From Patescibacteria group bacterium UBA2196 (GTDB taxonomy: Bacteria > Patescibacteriota > Patescibacteriia > UBA2196), in assembly GCA_002328025.1 (NCBI GenBank), contig DCVE01000013.1, positions 42,579-106,578 of the forward strand: a DNA stretch of 64,000 nucleotides. Reading direction: 5' to 3'. The notes beneath the pieces were generated by a model that was not told the origin of the DNA, did no database searches, and saw only the letters and a program-made list of their open reading frames with translations. Shown here one piece after another: positions 48,412 through 56,268 of this stretch. Every line of letters starts with the position of its first letter. The first letter of the stretch is position 1. The position numbers and the translations under genes are program-made.

Positions 48412-49585
48412 TTGTCTCGTCAGATGAATTGCATTCAGTGGGTTCTGGTAGTTTTGGTGGTTGGATTGTTTATCTTTAACCACCGGGAAGTTATCGTAAA
48501 GCAGTACCGTGATAACACGCCCGTATTGACGAGCGAAGAAATCACGGAATTGGAAAACAATGTGGAAAAAGTATATGCCACGGCCAAAGAAAAAATAGAT
48601 GCCGAGACATATACACCGCTGGATTGGCAGCGGGATATCTATTTTTTAAAGTTAAAAATTATTCGTACCATGGGGGGGCACGTACAGCTCTGGGAGCTAT
48701 CGTTTCTATGAGCTGGCTGAAGAAGCCTATCAGTATACCATTGATAGGTATTACACCCCCAAGAGTGATGATCCAAAAAGAACATTGTTTTTTCAGCAAG
48801 AGGTTAACAATGCTCAGGCTCAAGTCATGGCGGAAAACAATGAAAGGGTTGACTGGGCTAAAATATTTAGCCAGCTTCATCTGTTCATGCTGGCTTTTCT
48901 GCCATATTCTTTGCTGATCGTCCTTATTCGCCGTTCAGCAAGATATAAATTATGGCAGATATATTCGGCCGGAGATATCGTCTGGGTCATAATTGCGATT
49001 GGCTTGAGCGTTTTTGGGGCCATCGCTTACCGCCCCGACAATTTCATCCAGAAGCGCGTTGATTCGCAACTGCAAATCTGGAAGGAAAGAATCGGTGCAA
49101 GAGGTTGGCGTTTGGCTTTGGCGTATTTGGTGGCGATTGTTATTTCTTTGGCCACTTTATTTCGCCCGGCCAAATCGCAGGCCCAGACAGTAGTCGAGAC
49201 CAAGATTGTTAGTATGGTCCCAGCTGCCACCATCGCCAATCAACAGGAAGAATCCGACGAGCAGCAAGTTTTTTTCCCAGAAAAGATCGTCGGATTTTTG
49301 CGGAGATTTTTTGAAGAAATTATGAAGGGGATTGAGACTGTTGTTTACAGTTTATTTTCTCTTCTTATTATCCATTTTTTTTCTCCTCCGCTAGAGTTTG
49401 TCTGGGGGATGTGGGCCAGGCCACCAGATGATATTCGTCTTTGGACGATCCGAGCCCTTGGTTCTCGCGCTCCTGCGAATTTTGTTCAATTTAATTCACG
49501 AATTAATTGGACAAAAAACAAAGGAGTTTATCATGAGAACCAAAATTGTAGTTTTTATAATCTTGGCGCTTTTTGCTGTAGCTAG
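48412..49585 (+). pseudogene. Frameshifted membrane protein gene (about 390 aa if joined at the G7 tract)
   Basis: AGGAGGTGA SD at 48398-48406 before TTG 48412; first frame ends at 48711, second frame is open from 48656; G7 at 48672-48678 lies in the overlap. Confidence 0.7.
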
Positions 49586-50132
49586 CGCCAAAGACCCGTC
49601 CAACACTGTGAAGTTTAATGTCGCCACAAGCGGCGGTAAAAACAGTGTTTCGGTAATTGTTTTCCATCTACGGGAAAATACTGGTTTTTTAAGTATTATT
49701 CCTCAGAACGGGATTCAAGCCGGGGTTGGACCAAATTTTTGGATAAACACGCGAGGAGTTAAGGGCTGTCTTTTTACCCCCTTGGCTCTTTGCTCTGTGC
49801 AGGACGATCAAGAAGGAATCGGGGTAGGCGAGGTAAGACTTTGGAACATCTTTTTGGCCTCAAGCGGGTCAGTAAAGGTAAGTTCATTGTCTTATTATTC
49901 CTGGCCTTTGATTCAATCCAAAACCAGGAGTTTTTATACAAAAGACCAGGTTACTTTTAGTAATTTTGGTCTGCGGATTGAGAGCGCTTGGCTTAAAGAT
50001 TGGTCCAACTTGGTCGGACCTGTATATCAATTTAACATCCATCCCAAGTTGAACATGCTTTTCTTCTTAAACCTGAATAAGGAAGTTAAAGAAAAGCGTT
50101 CACTGAAGATGGAGATGAGTGTTAGTTTCTAA
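49533..50132 (+). CDS. Secreted beta-rich hypothetical protein, 199 aa
   Basis: AAGGAG SD at 49521-49526; signal peptide MRTKIVVFIILALFAVASA; C-terminal MEMSVSF. Confidence 0.75.
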   Translation: MRTKIVVFIILALFAVASAKDPSNTVKFNVATSGGKNSVSVIVFHLRENTGFLSIIPQNGIQAGVGPNFWINTRGVKGCLFTPLALCSVQDDQEGIGVGEVRLWNIFLASSGSVKVSSLSYYSWPLIQSKTRSFYTKDQVTFSNFGLRIESAWLKDWSNLVGPVYQFNIHPKLNMLFFLNLNKEVKEKRSLKMEMSVSF

Positions 50133-50139
50133 TCAATTG

Positions 50140-50168
50140 CGGGTCGCCGAAAGGACGACCCGTTTTTT
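50140..50168 (+). terminator. Intrinsic terminator
   Basis: CGGGTCG-CCGAAAGGA-CGACCCG followed by a T-tract. Confidence 0.85.
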
Positions 50169-50212
50169 ATTTTTGTAAAATTGGTATTTTTTTGCTATAA
50201 TCCATATAAAAT

Positions 50213-51691
50213 ATGGTGGCACAAAAAACCTTAACTCAAAATGCGACCTATTACACCGGAGCGCTAATATTACAAAAGATTTTAGCGTTTGTTTATTTTA
50301 CTTTTTTAGCGCGCGGACTTGGAGTAGAAGATTTGGGCAAATACAGTTTTGCCTTTTCTTTTACCACTATTTTTAGCGTGTTTGTGGATGTGGGTTTAAA
50401 TTCTGTTTTGACCCGCGAGATTGCCAAGGATAGAAATAAAACCCAAGAAATTTTGGCCAATGTTTTGGGGGTAAAAACAGTTTTAAGTTTTTTCACCTAT
50501 GCATTGATTGTGGCTTTGGTAAATTTTATGGGCTATCCAGAGTTGACCAAAAATTTGGTATATTTGACCGGCTTAATTATGTTGTTGGATACTTTTTCTG
50601 CCACTTTTTGGGGTGTGCTGCGAGGTAATCAAAATTTAAAATATGAAAGCATTGGCATAGTTTTATTTCAATTTTTGGTGGTGGGCATGGGCATGGTTTT
50701 GTTGGCGGCTGGCGTCGGGGTGGTGCCACAGGTGTTGGCAGTCGTGGTTGGCAGTTCATTTTTATTTGTTTATTCTTTTTTAGAAATGCGTCGTCGCCTA
50801 CATGTGCCGTTTAAAATTAGTTGGAATAAAAAATTGGTAAAAGAATTGTTAAAAATTTCTATACCTTTTGCTTTAACAGGAATTTTAGCGCGTCTTAATA
50901 CGCAGGTGGACACCATTTTTTTATCAAAGGTTGGTTGTGCCACGCAAGCTGTGTGTGATTCAAATGTGGGTATTTATTCGGTGGCGACCAAAATTACTTT
51001 AGCTTTGCATTTTATTCCTTTGGCCTTTGTAGCCGCGCTTTTTCCGGCTTTTTCTGAATATTATGCCACTAATAAAGAAAAATTGGCGCGCACTTTTGAA
51101 AAATCAATGCGTTATTTGATGTTGGTTAGTATCCCCATGGCGTTGGGAATTTTGGTCTTGGCGTCAGATTTCGTGCCAAAAGTTTTTGGAGTCGAATATG
51201 CGGCCGCGGTGTTACCTTTGCAAATTTTAATGGTTTCTTTGGTTTTTTTATTTTTAACTTTTCCAGTTGGTTCACTGTTAAACGCAACTTCCAGGCAAAT
51301 TGATAATACCAAGCAAATTGCCATTGCCGCGCTTATTAATTTTTTATTAAATTTATTTTTAGTTCCCAAGATGACCTATGTTGGCGGTGCTTTGTCTTCA
51401 TTAATTAGCACTTTGGTCTTATTTTATCTGGGTATAAGGATTTCTAATCAGGTTTTGAATTATGATAAAAAATATTTATTAAAAAGTTTTTTTCTGTGTT
51501 TGGTGGCGGGTCTGCTGATGAGCTTGGTTTTGTGGCTGTTGCTGTTTAAGATTAATTTTATAATTTTAATTGCTTTGGGCGTTGTAATTTATTTTGTTTT
51601 ATTATTATTTTTTAAGGTTTTGACAAAAGACGATATTAATGAAATACTGCTGTCTTTGAAACTAAAAAAGTCATTTTATGACAAAGGATAA
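50213..51691 (+). CDS. Polysaccharide flippase (Wzx-like, MOP family)
   Basis: About 12-14 TMs; ARGLG.EDLGKY, DVGL...TREIA and VGIYSVA motifs. Confidence 0.92.
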   Translation: MVAQKTLTQNATYYTGALILQKILAFVYFTFLARGLGVEDLGKYSFAFSFTTIFSVFVDVGLNSVLTREIAKDRNKTQEILANVLGVKTVLSFFTYALIVALVNFMGYPELTKNLVYLTGLIMLLDTFSATFWGVLRGNQNLKYESIGIVLFQFLVVGMGMVLLAAGVGVVPQVLAVVVGSSFLFVYSFLEMRRRLHVPFKISWNKKLVKELLKISIPFALTGILARLNTQVDTIFLSKVGCATQAVCDSNVGIYSVATKITLALHFIPLAFVAALFPAFSEYYATNKEKLARTFEKSMRYLMLVSIPMALGILVLASDFVPKVFGVEYAAAVLPLQILMVSLVFLFLTFPVGSLLNATSRQIDNTKQIAIAALINFLLNLFLVPKMTYVGGALSSLISTLVLFYLGIRISNQVLNYDKKYLLKSFFLCLVAGLLMSLVLWLLLFKINFIILIALGVVIYFVLLLFFKVLTKDDINEILLSLKLKKSFYDKG

Positions 51692-52748
51692 AACACTATT
51701 AGTCACTTTGGATTTTCCTCCGCTTCTCGGCGGTGTAGCAAATTATTATTTTGAACGGGTGAAAGCAATGTCAAAAGATGAGATTGTGGTTTTGGTTGAT
51801 GAATTAAAAACTGAGGGTTTAAAACTGGAAATGGGAGCAAAAATTTATCGTTTTAAGTTTTTGCAGCGATTTATTTGGCCGCATTGGTTATTTTTAATTT
51901 GGTATATTTATAAAATAGTAAAAAAAGAAAAAATAAATAAAATTTGGGTCGGGCAAGTTTTGCCAGTTGGCACGGCCGTGTGGGTGGTGAGTAAAATTTT
52001 AAATATTCCATATTTTGTTTCATGTCATGGCAATGACCTACTTAGGGCTAAAAAAAATAAGCGCAAATTTAAATTAGCCAAGAAAATTTTAGCTGACGCT
52101 GAATTTGTGGAAGCCAATACGGAATTTACTAAAAATATTTTAGTTAACGATTTTGAAATTTCAGCAGAAAGAATAAAAATTGTTTACCCAATTAATACTT
52201 TAAAAAAGGCAATGGTGGATTTACAAAAAGTGGGGGAGTTAAAGGAAAAATATAATTTAAAAGATAAAAAAGTTTTATTAACTGTGGGGCGTCTGGTGGA
52301 ATCCAAAGGCATTGATTTAGTTTTGCAAGCTTTGCCAAAAGTTTGGCAAAGTGTGCCAAACCTGGTTTATTTAGTTATTGGCGATGGACCAGATAAAAAC
52401 AGATTAATGCAAATTGTTAATAAATTGCCGCAGAATATAAAACCAAATATTGTCTTTGTTGGTGCAGTACCATATCTTGAACTGCCAAATTATTATGCCT
52501 TGGCGAGTGCCTTTATTTTAACTCCGCGTTCCACCCCTCTCATTTATAAGGAGAGGAAGGGAGAGGTAAACACAGATACAGAGAGTTTTGGGGTGGTTTA
52601 TTTGGAGGCTCAAGAGTTTGGTTTGCCAGTTGTGGCTGGCAAGGTGGGTGGAGCTTTAGAAATTGCTAAAAATTATAACCAAATGCATTTAATTGATTCT
52701 GAAAATAATAATGAAATTATTGAGAAGATAATAGAAATAATAAAATAA
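51678..52748 (+). CDS. GT4 family glycosyltransferase (PimB-like)
   Basis: DFPPLLGGV, HGND, TVGRLVESKG and ESFGVVYLEA motifs. Confidence 0.9.
   Translation: MTKDKTLLVTLDFPPLLGGVANYYFERVKAMSKDEIVVLVDELKTEGLKLEMGAKIYRFKFLQRFIWPHWLFLIWYIYKIVKKEKINKIWVGQVLPVGTAVWVVSKILNIPYFVSCHGNDLLRAKKNKRKFKLAKKILADAEFVEANTEFTKNILVNDFEISAERIKIVYPINTLKKAMVDLQKVGELKEKYNLKDKKVLLTVGRLVESKGIDLVLQALPKVWQSVPNLVYLVIGDGPDKNRLMQIVNKLPQNIKPNIVFVGAVPYLELPNYYALASAFILTPRSTPLIYKERKGEVNTDTESFGVVYLEAQEFGLPVVAGKVGGALEIAKNYNQMHLIDSENNNEIIEKIIEIIK
52534..52567. repeat. In-frame palindromic insertion in the GT4 gene (hydA/alaS family, reverse orientation)
   Basis: Reverse complement ACCTCTCCCTTCCTCTCCTTATAAATGAGAGGGG aligns with the hydA element. 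Confidence 0.7.
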
Positions 52749-52753
52749 AAAAA

Positions 52754-52777
52754 AACGGCGACCTGGCGATCGCCGTA
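52754..52777 (-). terminator. Intrinsic terminator
   Basis: ACGGCGA-CCTGGCGA-TCGCCGT preceded on + by an A-run (U-tract on -). Confidence 0.75.
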
Positions 52778-52793
52778 ACGCAAAAAATGTAGA

Positions 52794-52985
52794 CTAAAAA
52801 ACCAGCTCGAAGAGGTCCAAGAACTGGTCTTCTAATCTTGAAGCGGTCGTGTTTTTAACACCAACACCAAGGTGGCGATAGTAAACCTTTTTGGTGTTTA
52901 CGTTAAAATGTTGGACGATGACATGTAGGTCTGGTCGCACTCCAATGCCCTTACCTACAAATAGATCACCCTTGGAAATAATCAC
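52794..52985 (-). CDS. Small hypothetical protein, 63 aa
   Basis: AAGGAGG SD before GTG, TTGACA-16-TATAAT promoter (53019-53046, minus strand) and a terminator downstream. Confidence 0.75.
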   Translation of the reverse strand: MIISKGDLFVGKGIGVRPDLHVIVQHFNVNTKKVYYRHLGVGVKNTTASRLEDQFLDLFELVF

Positions 52986-53039
52986 AATTCCTCCTTGTGG
53001 ATATGAATATTTTTTTATATTATACGCTATTTAAAAATT

Positions 53040-53759
53040 ATGTCAAGACTATCTGTTATCATTCCGGTTTATAATAATGCAAAAAATTTGTTAAAGTGTC
53101 TGCAAAGTTTGCAACAGCAGACAATTTTTGGTTTGTGGCCACAACAGGTGGAAATAATAGTTGTGGATGATGGAAGTATTTCTCCAATTGTCATTCCAGA
53201 TTTTATTCTGGATGATAAAATAAAAACATATCACATTGCACACGCGGGTGCAGCCAAGGCCAGAAATTTTGGTTTTGCCAAATCCACTGGCCAATATATT
53301 TTTTTCTGTGACAGCGATGTGGTTTTTTTAAAAAATAATGCTTTAGAAAAAATGCTAGCCATGTTGGAAACACACACAGACAAAGGATATTGTTATGCAG
53401 CTTTTAAATATGGTTTAAAAACTTTTCCTCTTTTTCCATTTGACGCAGAAAAATTAAAACACAATAATTATATTTCCACCATGACTTTGGTTCGTCGTAG
53501 CGCTTTAGAAAAATTAGTTTTTCCCAATTTGCCTTTTGACGAAGCTTTAAAAAGATTTCAGGACTGGGATTTGTGGCTGGCTTTATTGGAAAAAGGGGAG
53601 ACAGGTGTTTTTTTAGATGAAGTTTTGTGGCAGGCGCAGGTTGGCGGTTCCATGAGCAAGTGGTTGCCAAAAATATTTTATAAATTATTTAAAAATAATT
53701 TAAAGGTGCAAGAGTATCAAAAAGCCAAAGCAACGATGGAAAAGAAATATGGTTTATAA
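53040..53759 (+). CDS. GT2 family glycosyltransferase
   Basis: SVIIPVYN, VDDGS, ARN.G, CDSD and QDWDLWL motifs. Confidence 0.93.
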   Translation: MSRLSVIIPVYNNAKNLLKCLQSLQQQTIFGLWPQQVEIIVVDDGSISPIVIPDFILDDKIKTYHIAHAGAAKARNFGFAKSTGQYIFFCDSDVVFLKNNALEKMLAMLETHTDKGYCYAAFKYGLKTFPLFPFDAEKLKHNNYISTMTLVRRSALEKLVFPNLPFDEALKRFQDWDLWLALLEKGETGVFLDEVLWQAQVGGSMSKWLPKIFYKLFKNNLKVQEYQKAKATMEKKYGL

Positions 53760-53819
53760 AATTAGATTATTTTTTTTGGCTAACGTTAAATGAAATTATG
53801 GCTTAAAAACTTTATTTAC

Positions 53820-53848
53820 TTGACTTTTTTAAAATCTTTAAATATAAT
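53820..53848 (+). promoter_or_regulatory. Near-consensus sigma70 promoter
   Basis: TTGACT-17-TATAAT. Confidence 0.8.
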
Positions 53849-53853
53849 AATTA

Positions 53854-54224
53854 TGCAAGGTCTTGGAGCGACCTTTGCACATTGCAGGGCTTTTTAACAC
53901 AAAACGGGAGGATGGGAATGCAACTCAAATTTGAAATATGAGTTACATAGAGGTCGACTGCCTGAAATAAAGTTTCAAGGACGCGGGAAACTGCGATCCG
54001 AAACTTCAGGTGGTTTTTCCTCACCCGGCGACATTTCAGGGGATTTTTAATCCCCTCCCTCACACCCATACCACACCGAAAAGTCTCATTGAGACGCTAA
54101 GCTCACGGCACTATTGAGAGCACAGCGTTTTCATACATACGGACCTAGTAAGTTTCTGTGGGTCGGGTTGATTTTAAGGGCTAGAACTCTGCTGTACCTC
54201 GGTACACAGTTCAGCCCTTTTTTT
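53854..54224 (+). ncRNA. Candidate structured non-coding RNA of about 370 nt, family not recognised
   Basis: GC-richer block between a promoter and a terminator-like hairpin with T-tract; at least 8 stem-loops including a GAAA tetraloop; no long ORF. Confidence 0.55.
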
Positions 54225-54325
54225 ATTTGCTTTATATTGTTTTTTCTTTTAAAATTAGAGTGTATTTTGGGTTATTTGTTGGTTGGCCAGCGATATATAT
54301 TTAATAGTTAATTATTCATCTTTTT

Positions 54326-54397
54326 GCCCCCATCGTCTAATGGTTAGGACACATGGTTCTCAGCCATGTAATTGGGGTTCGATTCCCCATAGGGGTA
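54326..54397 (+). tRNA. tRNA-Glu (CTC), CCA not encoded
   Basis: Cloverleaf GCCCCCA-TC-GTCTAATGGTTAGGAC-A-CATGG-TTCTCAG-CCATG-TAAT-TGGGG-TTCGATT-CCCCA-TAGGGGT-A. Confidence 0.93.
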
Positions 54398-54452
54398 AGA
54401 AGATGAATAGTTAATTGGGTGGTGTGAATTTTATTATCCGTGAATATTATTT

Positions 54453-55586
54453 ATGAGAAAGAAATTACCTTTTTTGCAAGCCATTGCAGTTTTGGTGGGC
54501 ACCACAGTCGGCGCTGGAATTTTGGGTTTGCCGTATGTTTTTGCGCAGGCTGGTTTTTGGACTGGCTTTTTGGTTTTAGTTGTGGTTGGCTTGGCCATGC
54601 TGTGTTTAAATTTAATGTTTGGTGAAATTGTTTTAAGAACAAGCGGTCAGCATCAAATTTCGGGTTATGTGGAAAAATATTTAGGCAAATTTTGGAAAAG
54701 ATTTGTGTCCGTATTTTTAGCCATAACTTTGTTTGGCGCTTTGCTGGCTTATTTTGTGGCCATTGGTCAGGCCTTGGCTGCCATTATTGGCGGACCAGCT
54801 TTGATGTTTAGTTTATTATTTTATGTTGTTTTTGCCGCTTTGGTTTTTAAAGGTGTGGGCGTGATTAAAAATGCAGAATTTATCTTGGGCTGTCTGGTGT
54901 GGTTGGTGTTTTTTGTGTTAATTATTTTTTCGTGGCCGCACGTAAAAACCAGTCACATAACCGTTTTTAATTTTAAAAATATCCTGGCGCCTTTGGGGGT
55001 GTTGTTGTTTGCTTATTCGGGTAGTATTTCTATTCCAGCCATGAAAGAAATTTTGGTGGGTAAAGAAAAATTATTTAAAAAAGCAATTCTAATTGGAGTT
55101 TTAATCCCGGGGATTTTTTATGCCATTTTTTCTTGGGCTGTAGTTGGCGCGACTGGCCTTAATACAAGCGAAGTTGCCACCATTGGTTTGGGCCAACTAG
55201 TTGGACCTTTTATTTTGGTCGTCGGAAATATTTTTGCTTGTTTAACCATGAGCACGGGATTTTTGGCTGTTGGTTTAACACTAAAAGGAATGTTTAATTA
55301 TGACTATAAAATAAAACATTTTTGGGCCTGGCTTTTGACTATGGCTGTGCCATTGGTGATTTATTTTTTAGGTTTACATGATTTTATTAACATTCTCGGT
55401 TTGGCTGGCGCCCTTGGTTTTGGTGTGGAGGGCGTGGTTTACGTGTTAACATTTTGGTATGCGCGTAAAAAAAGTGAACGTCAGCCAGAATATGTTTTGT
55501 CAACTGTTTTTGCTGTTATGGCCTCATTTTTTTTATTTTTAGTTTTTGGCAGTGGATTATTTTATACTTTAACTAATATTTTTTAA
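54453..55586 (+). CDS. Aromatic amino-acid permease family transporter
   Basis: VGTTVGAGILGLPY motif; about 11 TMs. Confidence 0.88.
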   Translation: MRKKLPFLQAIAVLVGTTVGAGILGLPYVFAQAGFWTGFLVLVVVGLAMLCLNLMFGEIVLRTSGQHQISGYVEKYLGKFWKRFVSVFLAITLFGALLAYFVAIGQALAAIIGGPALMFSLLFYVVFAALVFKGVGVIKNAEFILGCLVWLVFFVLIIFSWPHVKTSHITVFNFKNILAPLGVLLFAYSGSISIPAMKEILVGKEKLFKKAILIGVLIPGIFYAIFSWAVVGATGLNTSEVATIGLGQLVGPFILVVGNIFACLTMSTGFLAVGLTLKGMFNYDYKIKHFWAWLLTMAVPLVIYFLGLHDFINILGLAGALGFGVEGVVYVLTFWYARKKSERQPEYVLSTVFAVMASFFLFLVFGSGLFYTLTNIF

Positions 55587-55595
55587 TTTTATTAT

Positions 55596-56264
55596 ATGTC
55601 AAAAGTTGTTTTTGATATTGAAACCCGTGGTTTTGAGGGTGATGAGTTGGATCCAATTATAAAAGAAAACCTGCTCAAAAACGTTGTTACAGAAGAAGAA
55701 CAAGTAGATGTTTTGGCACGCAGCGGACTTTTGCCAATTAGCGGGGAAGTGGTGGCGATTGCCATGTTAAATCCAGACACCAACAAGGGTAAAATTTATT
55801 TTCAGGCGCCGGAATTGGAAAATAAAAATTATGAGCAGAATGGGGTGGAATTTATAGTGGCGACAGAAAAAGAAATTTTAGAAAAATTTTGGTTGGATAT
55901 AAAATTTTATGATCAAATCATAACCTATAACGGTCGTGGTTTTGATGTGCCGTTTATTATTTTTCGTTCCATTGCTTTGGGGATCAAACCAACCAAAAAT
56001 TTAATGCCATATCGTTACAGTTCAAAGGACCATTTTGATATTTTGGATCAATTAACTTTTTATGGCGCGTTTAGAAAATTTTCTTTGGAAGTTTTGTGTC
56101 GTGCGTTTGGGATAAAAAATCCCAAAGAAGAAGGCGTGTCTGGCCTGGCTATTAATGATTTGTTTAAAAGCAAAGACTATCAAACCATTGCCGAATATTG
56201 CATGCGTGATGTGGTGGCGACCAAAGATTTGTACGAAAAAGTGAAATCTTTTATAGAAATTTAA
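55596..56264 (+). CDS. RNase H-like 3'-5' exonuclease (PolB-exonuclease related)
   Basis: FDIET, YNGRGFDVP and EYCMRDV (DEDDy) motifs. Confidence 0.9.
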   Translation: MSKVVFDIETRGFEGDELDPIIKENLLKNVVTEEEQVDVLARSGLLPISGEVVAIAMLNPDTNKGKIYFQAPELENKNYEQNGVEFIVATEKEILEKFWLDIKFYDQIITYNGRGFDVPFIIFRSIALGIKPTKNLMPYRYSSKDHFDILDQLTFYGAFRKFSLEVLCRAFGIKNPKEEGVSGLAINDLFKSKDYQTIAEYCMRDVVATKDLYEKVKSFIEI

Positions 56265-56268
56265 AATT

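Noticed and set aside
48624-48917. 97-aa ORF in the third frame
   Set aside because: It overlaps both halves of the frameshifted gene; the G7 fusion explains the region more simply.
49398-49532. Upstream extension of the secreted protein
   Set aside because: The SD and the signal peptide point to ATG 49533.
53851-54311. ORFs 53851-54069 (-) and 54114-54311 (+); tmRNA, SRP RNA, T-box or intron identity for the region
   Set aside because: The ORFs have no expression signals or protein-like features, and one crosses the terminator. I could not find a tRNA-like end, an SRP loop, a T-box sequence or intron core motifs.
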